From Bdellovibrionota bacterium (GTDB taxonomy: Bacteria > Bdellovibrionota_C > UBA2361 > JBIKUX01): a stretch of DNA of 64,000 nucleotides. Made by a program: the position numbers and the translations under genes. Numbering within the stretch: the stretch's first letter is position 1; each line of letters begins with the position of its first letter. The notes below the pieces were generated by a model. That model saw nothing but the letters and a program-made list of their open reading frames with translations, searched no databases and had not been told where the DNA came from. Below are positions 10,720-20,502 of this stretch, piece after piece. The stretch is from positions 1 through 64,000 of the forward strand of contig JBIKUX010000004.1 in NCBI GenBank assembly GCA_044347345.1, read 5' to 3'.

Positions 10720-10875
10720 TAGATACTCGTTTAGGTGTGTTAAATACCTTTATAAGCTTATACTATCCATCGGATAAATCCTTAGATTTGCTTTAGCTTG
10801 TAATTTTCGTTTGAAAAGCACAAATAATTTAACTTAGAAAGCTCTATTATTAATTGTGTAGTACTTGCTTAAGTT

Positions 10876-12798
10876 TTACTGACTGCGCTGTGGAATAACT
10901 TTCCAGGTTCCTATTTCACCAGTCGTAAGATTTGCTACATTACCGCTTATTGCTGATTGTTCGCTGATTTTTGTGGAGGTAAATTCAAGTATGTAGCCAT
11001 TAGCAGGGATTTTTAATGAATTTTCATTTGGATTTATGTTAACTGAGGCGATTTGAAAGCCCTCAAGTCCAATTAAGACCGTTAATGGCGCGGAAGAACC
11101 AAATGATAAAAAAGCCAAGGGTATTGAGCGCGTTGGTATTAGCCCCTCGATTAGTCCGTGAAAAATTCCCTCTGGTAGAGCAGGAAAAGTTAAAGGAGCG
11201 CCCGTATACTGAGGTAATGTGAATTTTGCCTGAGACTGTTTTGCGGTTTCTGTTGCTGAAGGATCAGTTGATTTAACTGACGATGATTGCGGCCGAGATT
11301 TGATTGTCCATCTGTAAAGTATTACTAACCCTAATGCGAGACAACTAATACAAAGTATAAGTAATTTTGATATCTTTAAAAATATTAAGCTTCGTGTTTT
11401 TTTTGAATGTAATCCGGTACTTTTAGCGTCTTTCTTAGCTGTTTTTTTATGCGGTTTCTCTGCATATCCATTTTCTACTTTCGCACCAAATTTTTTCCTT
11501 ACTTCTTGGAGTTGTTCTGGAGTGAGGAGTTCAGTTTCAGTGCGGGCGCGACTTGCTTTTAGCCGGTCTTTGTTACTATTACTAGCACCACTCTTGGGAA
11601 TAGAGTCTAATTTGTCAGCACGAATGTTTCTATCGCTCTGATCATAATTGTCTTTGTTATCAGGGTCGTCGCTCATACTTTCATTTTTCAGCGATTCGCT
11701 TACAACCGCTCTCACCGAGCTATCATTGAGTAAGCTATGTTCCTTTTCATACTTGATATCGGTCTGTTGATGGATCTGCTGAATCGTTGCTTTATCAATC
11801 AATGGTTTAGAGGTAACAAACTTCGGCAGTATTCTTTTTACTATCGTTTTTAATGGTACTTTATTTAGTTGCTGCAGGGCATCTTTTGCACTTGATGGTC
11901 TGCGAGATACATCTGGATGTAGGCAGTTCATTATTACTTGGGCTAGTTCGGGCGAGATTGGTGAAACTTTTGAGGTACTTAAAAATTTTTCAATCGATGG
12001 TGGGAGTTTATTTCTGGCTTCAACTTGAGAGATTAAGGATTGATTGGAGAAAGGATGTTTTCCCGATAGCATCTCATAAAAGGAAAGAGCTAAAGAATAT
12101 AAATCTGATTTTTCGTCACATCTGATACCAGATAGAACTTCTGGAGCTAAGTAATCAAGCGTTCCTACAGCTTTAGCTAATTCTGTTGGGTTGGAATTAT
12201 CGCCTGAAAATGAAGCAACACCAAAATCTCCGAGACAAAGGTTGTCCGGAGCTACTATGAGAAGATTATCTGGCTTGATATCTCTGTGAATGATACCCAC
12301 GCTATGGATCAACGTGAGTGCTTCTAATGCTTGTTTAAATAAAGTTTGTCCCTCAAGGGGAGAGATAATTCCACCTTTTTTTTGGATGGCATACTTTCGC
12401 AAATCTCCAAACGGAGCGTACTGTAAAGCTAAATAACAAACAACGTCATGAACTTGAACATCGTAGAGACGAATTATTAAACGATGTTGGCAACTTAAAA
12501 GGGCTAAGGCCTCAGCTTTTAATCTATCTTTATTTCGCGATTCCTCAGTTAATGATGGAAGGCTTACCTTAAGGGCTACTGTCAGCCCTCCTGTGAGTAG
12601 TGATTTATTAATAAGTTGTTTTGAGTTTGGAGTGTATTCTAAATTTGTCGCTCGGGTTAGAAATTCTTCAGTAGTTTCTGATACCCTTGCACGGTAAACT
12701 ACGCTCTTTGAGCCTCTACCAATGATTGTTTGAATCTCGAATCTACCATGAAAGAGTTTTTTTTTGGGTCTCGAGACAGTCATGCTCTTATTAATCAA
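10876..12798 (-). CDS. Hanks-type Ser/Thr protein kinase with a single TM helix
   Basis: IGRGSKSVVY, VALK, HRDIKPDN, DFG, GTLDYLAPE, SDLYSL; charged linker, TM (LLILCISCLALGLVILY), C-terminal external domain. The start may be the ATG at 12783. Confidence 0.92.
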   Translation of the reverse strand: MINKSMTVSRPKKKLFHGRFEIQTIIGRGSKSVVYRARVSETTEEFLTRATNLEYTPNSKQLINKSLLTGGLTVALKVSLPSLTEESRNKDRLKAEALALLSCQHRLIIRLYDVQVHDVVCYLALQYAPFGDLRKYAIQKKGGIISPLEGQTLFKQALEALTLIHSVGIIHRDIKPDNLLIVAPDNLCLGDFGVASFSGDNSNPTELAKAVGTLDYLAPEVLSGIRCDEKSDLYSLALSFYEMLSGKHPFSNQSLISQVEARNKLPPSIEKFLSTSKVSPISPELAQVIMNCLHPDVSRRPSSAKDALQQLNKVPLKTIVKRILPKFVTSKPLIDKATIQQIHQQTDIKYEKEHSLLNDSSVRAVVSESLKNESMSDDPDNKDNYDQSDRNIRADKLDSIPKSGASNSNKDRLKASRARTETELLTPEQLQEVRKKFGAKVENGYAEKPHKKTAKKDAKSTGLHSKKTRSLIFLKISKLLILCISCLALGLVILYRWTIKSRPQSSSVKSTDPSATETAKQSQAKFTLPQYTGAPLTFPALPEGIFHGLIEGLIPTRSIPLAFLSFGSSAPLTVLIGLEGFQIASVNINPNENSLKIPANGYILEFTSTKISEQSAISGNVANLTTGEIGTWKVIPQRSQ

Positions 12799-13009
12799 TC
12801 AGTAAGTGCCTTATCAAGCAAGTATGAGCAATGCAGATTTAGTTTTCTTTGATAAAACAAAAGTCATGCTCCTAGGGAGATAGCCCGTGCCAGAGCAAGA
12901 CTTTGCCTGTATGTTATAACATTGTTCGCTAATAATGGAGCGTGATATTTTTTACTTATTTTGCTAATCTGTTGACGAACTTCATACAAGGTCGTAATTG
13001 TAGCAAGGT

Positions 13010-13083
13010 GCGCCCTTAGCTCAGCCGGATAGAGCATCCGCCTTCTAAGCGGAGGGTCCCAAGTTCGAATCTTGGAGGGCGCG
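13010..13083 (+). tRNA. tRNA-Arg (anticodon TCT)
   Basis: Acceptor stem GCGCCCT/AGGGCGC, D-arm TAGCTCAGCCGGATAGAGC, anticodon arm TCCGC-CTTCTAA-GCGGA, T-loop GTTCGAATC; CCA not encoded. Confidence 0.96.
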
Positions 13084-13130
13084 TTATAGCTTAAATAGAT
13101 AAAGTTGCTTCTTTATCAGATACTTAATAA

Positions 13131-13523
13131 TTGAGTGTGAGTTTAGGTGAAGGGTTTAGTGTGAATCAGTACTTAGGAATAATTGCTTTATTAGGTGCTG
13201 CTTCAAGTTTTTTGTTCGTAATGTTGTTTCTTGCCATTAAATTAGGTCCACAAGCCATTACCAATACAAAATTATTACCATTTGAGTGTGGTTCAGTATC
13301 GGTAGGGCAAGTCTCTGAACAGAGATTTAACGTTAAATTCTATCTAATGGCGATGCTTTTTATCGTTTTTGATATTGAAGTTATTTTTATGTATCCCTGG
13401 GCCTTAGTCTTACGTGAGCTTGGTTGGCCAGGATTCATCATGATGACATCATTTATAGCAGTTTTAACCGTTGGATTAGTTTACGTGTGGCGCAAAGGGG
13501 TGTTGGATTGGAATAGAAGCTAG
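13131..13523 (+). CDS. nuoA: NADH-quinone oxidoreductase subunit A
   Basis: K..PFECG, RFNVKFYL.AMLFIVFDIEVIFMYPWA, GLVYVWRKGVLDW. The start is probably the GTG at 13161. Confidence 0.95.
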   Translation: MSVSLGEGFSVNQYLGIIALLGAASSFLFVMLFLAIKLGPQAITNTKLLPFECGSVSVGQVSEQRFNVKFYLMAMLFIVFDIEVIFMYPWALVLRELGWPGFIMMTSFIAVLTVGLVYVWRKGVLDWNRS

Positions 13524-13582
13524 ATTAACTCATCGACTTCTATACTTGATAGCACTCATATAGTTTTTTAGAGTGGTTATCT

Positions 13583-14500
13583 ATGAGGGCTTCTTCAATA
13601 CTTGGCACTATTGGTTCAACTCCGCACGTGCACCTTTCTCGACTTTTTATGGGTTCCAGAGAGGTTTGGTTAAAGTTAGAGCGTGCAAATCCCGGCGGTA
13701 GCATAAAAGACCGAATTGCTCTTGCTATGGTCGAGGATGCTGAAGCAAGGGGACTTTTAAATCCTAACTCTATCATCATAGAGCCTACTTCGGGTAATAC
13801 CGGAATTGGTTTAGCTATGGTGTGCGCTGTTAAAAAGTATAGGCTCATTCTGGTAATGCCTGAGTCTATGTCTGTTGAACGTCGTGCTTACATGGAAGCA
13901 TTGGGAGCTGAATTTGAGTTAACTCCACGCGAAAGGGGTATGAGTGGAGCGATCAATAGAGCGAGAGAATTACATGAGTCAATTAAAAACTCATGGATGC
14001 CGAGTCAATTTGATAATCCAGCTAATGTTCGCATTCATAAGGAAACAACCGCTAGAGAAATCCTAGCTGATTTTCCAGATAGACTTGATGCGATGATTAC
14101 GGGGGTTGGAACGGGTGGTCATATATCCGGTTGTGCTGCGGTGCTTAAAGAAAAATTTTCTGATTTAAAGGTATATGCCGTGGAACCAATGGCTTCGCCG
14201 GTTATAAGTGGTGGCCAGCCTGGTTTACATAAGATTCAAGGTATAGGAGCAGGCTTCATACCGACTAATTTTGAGCGAGATAGAGTTGACGAAGTTATTC
14301 AGATTAGTGATGAGGACGCTCTGGTGTATGCCAAAAAGATAGCAAAAGAGGAGGGGATTTTTGTTGGAATCTCTTCAGGTGCTACTTTAGCTGCTATCGC
14401 CCTTAAGCTTCCGTTGCTTCCTACAAATGCTAGGGTGCTAGGTTTTTGTTATGATACTGGTGAAAGATACCTATCTGTAAAAGGCTTTAGCTCTTTATAA
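13583..14500 (+). CDS. cysK: Cysteine synthase A
   Basis: [11 protein letters not shown] (PLP Lys), [34 protein letters not shown]. Confidence 0.96.
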   Translation: MRASSILGTIGSTPHVHLSRLFMGSREVWLKLERANPGGSIKDRIALAMVEDAEARGLLNPNSIIIEPTSGNTGIGLAMVCAVKKYRLILVMPESMSVERRAYMEALGAEFELTPRERGMSGAINRARELHESIKNSWMPSQFDNPANVRIHKETTAREILADFPDRLDAMITGVGTGGHISGCAAVLKEKFSDLKVYAVEPMASPVISGGQPGLHKIQGIGAGFIPTNFERDRVDEVIQISDEDALVYAKKIAKEEGIFVGISSGATLAAIALKLPLLPTNARVLGFCYDTGERYLSVKGFSSL

Positions 14501-14611
14501 AATTAATAGGGATGCTATTACCAATCGGGGGGCTATTACTAATTGGGATTCGATTGCTATAGTTGCTCTGCGATTATCTTTTACTTTGGCTTGCGTTACT
14601 TTTGCTCGGCG

Positions 14612-15460
14612 TTACTTTTTCTCCGTATATTTAATGCCTTCCCATAATGACTGTAGTTCATCGAGAGTAAGTGATGAGAGAGGAACCTTGCTCTGTTTTT
14701 CCATCTCCGTAAAGCGTCTGGTAAATTTGTCAGTTGCTTGTTGTAAAGCGCTTTCTGCGTCAATCGAGAGGCGCCTAGCTAGCTGTACGAGTGAAAAGAG
14801 AATGTCTCCGAATTCGTCAATCATTTCTTTTTTATCGTTACTTTTTTCAGCAGTGACAAATTCACGAACTTCATCTAGGACTTGTTCTTGGATACCAGCT
14901 ATAGTTGGCCATTCAAAGCCAATTCTGGCAGCTTTTTCACTAACTCGTTGAGCTCGTAAAAGTGCTGGTAAAGCTTTTGGAACACCACTGAGAATCGTGC
15001 TGGTGGTATTTTCAATTTTTCCGGTAGAAGTAGTGCTGCCACCGGATTCAATTCTCCTTTCTTGTTCTTTAATTTGCTCCCATTGTACTTTTACTTGATC
15101 GCTTGAGGTCACTGGGTTTTTATTATTTTTTTGAAATACATGTGGATGTCTACTAATGAGTTTTTTACATAGAGTTTCAATAACGTCTATTACTGAGAAT
15201 GCACCGTTTTCTTCTGCTAACTGACTGTGTAGAACTACTTGCAGAAGTACGTCACCCAATTCTTTGCATAACTCTGCCATATCCTCACGCTCAATTGCGT
15301 CTAGGACTTCATAAGTTTCCTCAATTAAGTACGGTTTCAGCGATGAATGAGTTTGCTCTCTATCCCAAGGGCATCCTCTAATTGGATCTCGGAGAGTAGT
15401 AATAATCTCTCGCAATAACTGAAATTGATTAGAGTTTGACGATGACTTCTGATCTTCCAT
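14612..15460 (-). CDS. mazG: Nucleoside triphosphate pyrophosphohydrolase MazG
   Basis: GCPWDREQT, EETYEV, ELGDVLLQVV, RHPHVF, second EFGD domain. Confidence 0.95.
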   Translation of the reverse strand: MEDQKSSSNSNQFQLLREIITTLRDPIRGCPWDREQTHSSLKPYLIEETYEVLDAIEREDMAELCKELGDVLLQVVLHSQLAEENGAFSVIDVIETLCKKLISRHPHVFQKNNKNPVTSSDQVKVQWEQIKEQERRIESGGSTTSTGKIENTTSTILSGVPKALPALLRAQRVSEKAARIGFEWPTIAGIQEQVLDEVREFVTAEKSNDKKEMIDEFGDILFSLVQLARRLSIDAESALQQATDKFTRRFTEMEKQSKVPLSSLTLDELQSLWEGIKYTEKK

Positions 15461-15490
15461 AGTAGTTTTTTGTTTATATTAGTTAAATTT

Positions 15491-16303
15491 TTAAAAAGAT
15501 AATTGTTTTAAAATATCCATGCGAGAACACGCAATTATGGCAATTTCTACCGAAGCACCTTGCGATCTCAATAATTCTGTATTGACCTTAATAGTAGATC
15601 CTGAAGTAGATACATCATCTATCAATAATACTCGCTTATTGGCCAATGAATATTTTGTGGAGCGAAGATAAAATCTTAGTTTAATTAAGGAGTGTCTCTC
15701 ATCTAGTGTAGTATGAGTTACACTTCTCCAGCTCCACCAGCGACAAGCCAAAATAGGTCTAATGGGTAACTCAGGTGTATGCGTTAATTGTGAAAAATTT
15801 TTGCAAAAAGATTGTGCTATAAGCGAAGTTGGCTTAAACCCCCTTCGAAAAATATGGTGAGGTAAATGAGGCACTGGAACTATAATATCCCACGGTTTAT
15901 TGTCAGGTATTAGCTTCCTAGTTGACTTTGAAGTCATAACTTCTGCCAGAATCTCTGCAAGTTTTTTACCAAAAAACTGCGCGACTCGGCGATCGTGACC
16001 GTACTTCATTTTATGAATTAAGCTTCTGATCTCTTTTTTATATTTGTAGAGTAGTATTATGGGAGTACTTGTGGAGTCGTTCAAAGATTGCCAACTTTGG
16101 TGATAATGAAGCTTATTGACTTCAATGCTACATCTCTTGCAGAGCAATTCTTCTCTTGGTGGAATAATTGTGGACACTAGAGTACGAACACAAATAGCAC
16201 AGCGCCACCAAGGACTTACTTTTGCCAGAAAATTTAAAATTGATTGGCACTTAGGAGCAGAATTCGCATTTAGTTTATTTCTGCTGAAATCGTCCTTTTG
16301 CAC
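15491..16303 (-). CDS. comF: ComF-family phosphoribosyltransferase-like competence protein
   Basis: N-terminal CxxC...CxxC, IHKMKY, IVPVP, RRGF, PRT motif LLIDDVSTSGST. Confidence 0.8.
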   Translation of the reverse strand: MQKDDFSRNKLNANSAPKCQSILNFLAKVSPWWRCAICVRTLVSTIIPPREELLCKRCSIEVNKLHYHQSWQSLNDSTSTPIILLYKYKKEIRSLIHKMKYGHDRRVAQFFGKKLAEILAEVMTSKSTRKLIPDNKPWDIIVPVPHLPHHIFRRGFKPTSLIAQSFCKNFSQLTHTPELPIRPILACRWWSWRSVTHTTLDERHSLIKLRFYLRSTKYSLANKRVLLIDDVSTSGSTIKVNTELLRSQGASVEIAIIACSRMDILKQLSF

Positions 16304-16338
16304 CGGCTAATCTTTAAGCTTATCTTAGAAGTTATTAA

Positions 16339-17934
16339 TCACGAGTATATCAATAAGGATTTCCCTGTCATTTCTGATGGTTTGTCCAGACCCATGAGAT
16401 CCAAAATTGTTGGAGCTACATCACACAGAGCTCCATCTTTTCGCAGAGTAAACGGACATCTTTCTAAATTCCATTCTTTGCTTAATACAGTCACTGGCAC
16501 TGGAAAAGTCGTATGAGCTGTATGTGGAGATCCATTTTCATAGGAAATCATTTGTTCTGCATTACCGTGATCAGCGATTATTAAGATGCGCCATCCTTTA
16601 TCTAAAGCAAACATGACTAGCTCTTTTAGACAAGAGTTAACAGTTTCTACCGCTCGTATTGCGCTAGATAGTACCCCCGTATGTCCTACCATGTCGCAAT
16701 TAGCGTAATTTATACATGCAAAACCAAAATTATCTTCTGACATAACTTGAATTACTTTTTTTGTAAGTATTTGGGCACTCATCTCTGGTTTAAGATCGTA
16801 CGTTGCAACATCACGAGGCGATGGAACAAGAATGCGAATCTCCTTAGGTAAAGCTTCTTCCGCGCCTCCATTTAAAAAATAAGTTACATGAGGATACTTT
16901 TCCGTTTCAGCGGCTCTAATTTGTTTAATTCCTTGTTTCGCGATAACGGCTCCCAAGTAATTATTAATAGTAACTTGAGGGAAAAGTACTTTAAGGGCAA
17001 AATTTTGGTCGTATTCGGTTAATGTAAGGGTTCTATCTTGCTCAAAATAAGATGTATCTTTCTGACTAATAATTTTTGTAGGGTCAATTACTAATCCAGT
17101 GACAAGCTGTCGCATGCGGTCTGAGCGAAAATTCCAAAATATTACTCCGTCTTGCGGATTTATCCCTCGATAAGAAAAGGCTACACCAGGTTCAATAAAC
17201 TCATCAGTAATTCCTTTCTTATATTGATAATTAAACCAATCTGTTGGTGCCTCAAAGTGATTCCCCTCTCCGTGTAAAATAGTTTTGACCGCTTTAGCTG
17301 TTCGATCCGTTCTATTATCCCTATCCATGGCAAAATATCGTCCCACTACGGTGCCAATACATACTTCGGGATATTCTTTCAGAAATACTTCCAAGTTTTG
17401 TGTAAGAGATAGACCACTTTTTGGAGCTGTGTCACGACCATCTGAAATTATGTGCAGTATGATTGATTGAGAGCGTAAGGATTTTTGCCGAATCGCTTGA
17501 ACTAGTACTTTAATTAAAAGTAAAAGGTGGGAATAGTGAGAGTGAACGCCACCATCGCTATATAAACCTATTAAATGAATAGCTGGAGCGTCGCTACATT
17601 TTATAATCCAATTTTTCCAACAATCAGTTTCAAATATTGAACCAGAATCGAGAGCTTTAGATATTCGTAAAAGCCATTGTTCCACTACGCGACCTGCACC
17701 GATGTTGAGATGACCAACTTCTGAATTGCCCATTTGTCCTTCTGGCAGCCCGACTGATTCCCCGTGAGTCGTAAGAGTTGCTGATGGATATATTGTAGAC
17801 AAGCTGTGTAAAAAAGGAGCATTAGCCTGAGCGATTGCATTGCCTTCAAATTTTGGATTAATCCCGAATCCATCAAGAATACAGAGGAGGGTGGGATGCA
17901 CAGAATTAGTAGAGCGAAAATTTGAGTTAGTCAT
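16339..17934 (-). CDS. gpmI: 2,3-bisphosphoglycerate-independent phosphoglycerate mutase
   Basis: ILDGFG, GQMGNSEVGH, SDGGVHSH, DGRDT, ETEKYPHVT, DMVGH, ADHGNAE, HTAHT. Confidence 0.97.
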   Translation of the reverse strand: MTNSNFRSTNSVHPTLLCILDGFGINPKFEGNAIAQANAPFLHSLSTIYPSATLTTHGESVGLPEGQMGNSEVGHLNIGAGRVVEQWLLRISKALDSGSIFETDCWKNWIIKCSDAPAIHLIGLYSDGGVHSHYSHLLLLIKVLVQAIRQKSLRSQSIILHIISDGRDTAPKSGLSLTQNLEVFLKEYPEVCIGTVVGRYFAMDRDNRTDRTAKAVKTILHGEGNHFEAPTDWFNYQYKKGITDEFIEPGVAFSYRGINPQDGVIFWNFRSDRMRQLVTGLVIDPTKIISQKDTSYFEQDRTLTLTEYDQNFALKVLFPQVTINNYLGAVIAKQGIKQIRAAETEKYPHVTYFLNGGAEEALPKEIRILVPSPRDVATYDLKPEMSAQILTKKVIQVMSEDNFGFACINYANCDMVGHTGVLSSAIRAVETVNSCLKELVMFALDKGWRILIIADHGNAEQMISYENGSPHTAHTTFPVPVTVLSKEWNLERCPFTLRKDGALCDVAPTILDLMGLDKPSEMTGKSLLIYS

Positions 17935-18016
17935 TTTTATACAATTTTTATCTATAAAGTTCTTTAGAGTTAATCAAATTTAATCAACGCCATTATTGAG
18001 ACGTTTATGATATTAG

Positions 18017-19375
18017 CTAAGCTTTAGTTGAGTTTGTAATTGCCAGCGTAGTTAGCAAGTTGTCTTGGCTTAATGAGACATCTCCAAGTACTCCTCTGAT
18101 CAACGAAGAATAAGCTGCTGGAGCGTTACCGAAAAGACTTTGATATACCGCCGTTAAAAGCCAATATGGAAGACTTGTGAGCTCAACTTTTTTAAGATCG
18201 TCTAGTATAAACTTTGTATTGGTTGATAGTTCATTAAGAGCTTCATCAGCTTCTTCTCGCATTCCTTCAGAGAGATAGAGTAGGGCTAGAACAAACGTCA
18301 TTAATAGTCGATCTTCATTCGAGAGTTCAATTATTAATTTCTCTTTGGTGACAGCTTTGCCAAAGAAGTTCCGCCCTGCCGTTTTTTCTTTTTTACTATA
18401 TAAAGTGCTACCGAGCTTTGCCGCCGCAATTGCTTGCTTACCATCTTTACGGTTAAGCCAGTATTTAACTACTCTTAGCAAAGCAACTCCCTTACCTTCT
18501 CTTTGTGCTACTTCCATTAGGAGTGAAGCGGCTTCGTTTTTATCACCGTACTCACCGAGTAAAGTGCCGAGAGTAACCATAATTGGTATATAACTCGGAT
18601 ATTGAATATGAAGAGATTTAAGAGGTTCAATGAGTGATGGCTCGATTTTTTTTGGTCGATTTTCGTCTTCTCCCAGTACCAAGCGTTGATAAGCAATAGT
18701 AGCCTTAAGCTCTTGAGCAGAATGTCCGAGTAGTTCAAGTCGACGTGAATATTCAAGCGCTTCATCATATTTTTTGAGATAAACTGCAAGCTCTCCGGCT
18801 AAGGCAAGTGTTTTTGGCTTATCTCCTTGTCTAAGTAAAGTATGAACACTGCCTAGAGCACCAATGAAGTTGCCTTTCTTTTGGTAAACTTCAGTCGCTT
18901 TAAGGAGAAGAGCGCGATGAAGTGGTTCAGCGATATCTTGATTTTCAAAAGCTTGCATAGCTAAATTGATGTCACCTTGTTGGAGTAACATATCTCCGAC
19001 TAAGTACCTTGCAAGCTGGTCATCAGGAGTGCTTCTAACTACGGATTGAATAATAGATCGAGCCAACTCATGTTCTCCTTCCTGATGAGCTGCTAATGCC
19101 TCAAGGAGTTGTTGACGATTTTGCAAAAAATGCTTTAATTGCCGCTGTAATTTACGCTCTCTTAATGTAGCTCTCACTGATGTAACCGAGGATGCTAGCG
19201 TGCTTGTGAGAAGTCCGAGAATAAAAGTAGCAAGAAGAACTACACCTGTAGGTGCTGAAAAAGTGTGACCAGGGATAAGATTGACCTCGGCTGTAGTCCA
19301 ATTTCGCATCAATAGATAAGCAGTTGCTGAAACAAGTAGAATAGCAACAAGGAGTTTGCCGAGTCGTGTGATCAT
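18017..19375 (-). CDS. Membrane-anchored TPR protein with LapA-like two-TM N-terminus
   Basis: Two TM segments flanking N..V.L.PG (LapA/DUF1049-like), then TPR-like helical repeats. The ATG at 19375 follows an AGGGAG SD. Confidence 0.65.
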   Translation of the reverse strand: MITRLGKLLVAILLVSATAYLLMRNWTTAEVNLIPGHTFSAPTGVVLLATFILGLLTSTLASSVTSVRATLRERKLQRQLKHFLQNRQQLLEALAAHQEGEHELARSIIQSVVRSTPDDQLARYLVGDMLLQQGDINLAMQAFENQDIAEPLHRALLLKATEVYQKKGNFIGALGSVHTLLRQGDKPKTLALAGELAVYLKKYDEALEYSRRLELLGHSAQELKATIAYQRLVLGEDENRPKKIEPSLIEPLKSLHIQYPSYIPIMVTLGTLLGEYGDKNEAASLLMEVAQREGKGVALLRVVKYWLNRKDGKQAIAAAKLGSTLYSKKEKTAGRNFFGKAVTKEKLIIELSNEDRLLMTFVLALLYLSEGMREEADEALNELSTNTKFILDDLKKVELTSLPYWLLTAVYQSLFGNAPAAYSSLIRGVLGDVSLSQDNLLTTLAITNSTKA

Positions 19376-19411
19376 AGACCGCTCCCTAAATTTTTTTGAT
19401 AAGCACATGTG

Positions 19412-19433
19412 TAAAAGGTGTTTACACCTTTTA
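19412..19433. other. Perfect 10-bp inverted repeat TAAAAGGTGT-TT-ACACCTTTTA between rsfS and the TPR gene
   Basis: Read directly; may be a terminator-like hairpin or an operator. Confidence 0.5.
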
Positions 19434-19519
19434 TTCGCCCAAGAAAAGGAGACTGTCAGAAAGTTCCATCAAGCAAGGTGCTTCATCAGTTTAAATTTTG
19501 ATATTCTGCTGAGAAATAA

Positions 19520-19954
19520 TTATGCAGCAACCAAGCTTAGTCTGGGTAGAAATGTTGACCTTTCATCACTTAAATCGTAGAGGGTAGCTTTACTCCACAA
19601 TTTTTCAATCTCATATTGTACTCGTAGTGATTCATAAAAGATGTGGACGATTACTCCACTAAAATCTATTAAAACCCATAAACCTTGCTCTAAACCTTCA
19701 ATGCTAAATGGTACTGTTCCTTTTCCATGATTATAGATTGCATCAATAATCCGGTTCGCTATGCCTTGTACTTGGCGGTCGGAGCGCCCACTAATAACGA
19801 CCATGTAGTCTGCAATTGATGATAAATCTCCAATCTTAAGGACGTGAATATCTTTCCCCTTGACTTCACGCGCGGCAAGCACTATTTCGTCAACAAGACG
19901 AGCTTCGGGTGATGCGAAAGGGATTTTTATTGCAGACTGTACCTTTTGGGACAC
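19520..19954 (-). CDS. rsfS: Ribosome silencing factor RsfS (the frame is also open further upstream, to the GTG at 20194)
   Basis: KGKDI, ADYMVVISGRSDRQV..IA, EG....WVLIDF..VIVHIF....R..Y.IEKLW. The GTG at 19954 is preceded by a GGAGG SD. Confidence 0.92.
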   Translation of the reverse strand: MSQKVQSAIKIPFASPEARLVDEIVLAAREVKGKDIHVLKIGDLSSIADYMVVISGRSDRQVQGIANRIIDAIYNHGKGTVPFSIEGLEQGLWVLIDFSGVIVHIFYESLRVQYEIEKLWSKATLYDLSDERSTFLPRLSLVAA

Positions 19955-20502
19955 TAGTTCTTTCCTCCGTTTTTTAATGTATTCTAAGACTTTTACTTTT
20001 AATGCATTATTTCGCTCGGGGCGAGTAACATCTCTGAGTAAAAATTTTTGAAATCTTAAATTAGATTGAAATCGCCGGCTTTTTTTAAAATTAAAATCAC
20101 CAATAGAGACTACTTTCCAGCGCTGGCGAATTTTGACCGTGAGCTTTGGTTGATGATAGCAGTAAATGAAATTAGTGTGAGGGTTTCGTCTCACTAATTC
20201 TCCTTACCTTTATAAACTGACACATTTAAATTTAACACTAAGTTACGGCTAATACTAAAATAAGGAAACTTACTGTGGACAGATGGAGTACTTACTGGGA
20301 TTTCAACTGGTAGTAAGATTTTGAGGTGGGCACCTTTACTTGGTGCCAGGCTTGTTTTGAGCAACGGTGAATGTTTAAGCAACACTGAACTTTTTAGCGC
20401 GCTTTTGCTTGGTGTACGGACTGTATATTGATCAGCCAACCACTTCATACTTATAGTATACAAATCTCACTATAATTTTAGCAACAAATACTTTTTACAG
20501 GT

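Noticed and set aside
12877-12892. TGGCAC on the minus strand upstream of the kinase as a sigma54 promoter
   Set aside because: The -12 position reads CT, not the required GC
13010-13130. tRNA-Arg (and tRNA-Pro at 61533) as island integration sites
   Set aside because: No integrase nearby, no duplicated tRNA 3' end noticed, and the flanking genes are mostly housekeeping
20194-20463. 89-aa ORF as an intact nadD or other known gene
   Set aside because: No HxGH or other NadD motif and no recognisable family; kept only as a possible leader ORF in the findings
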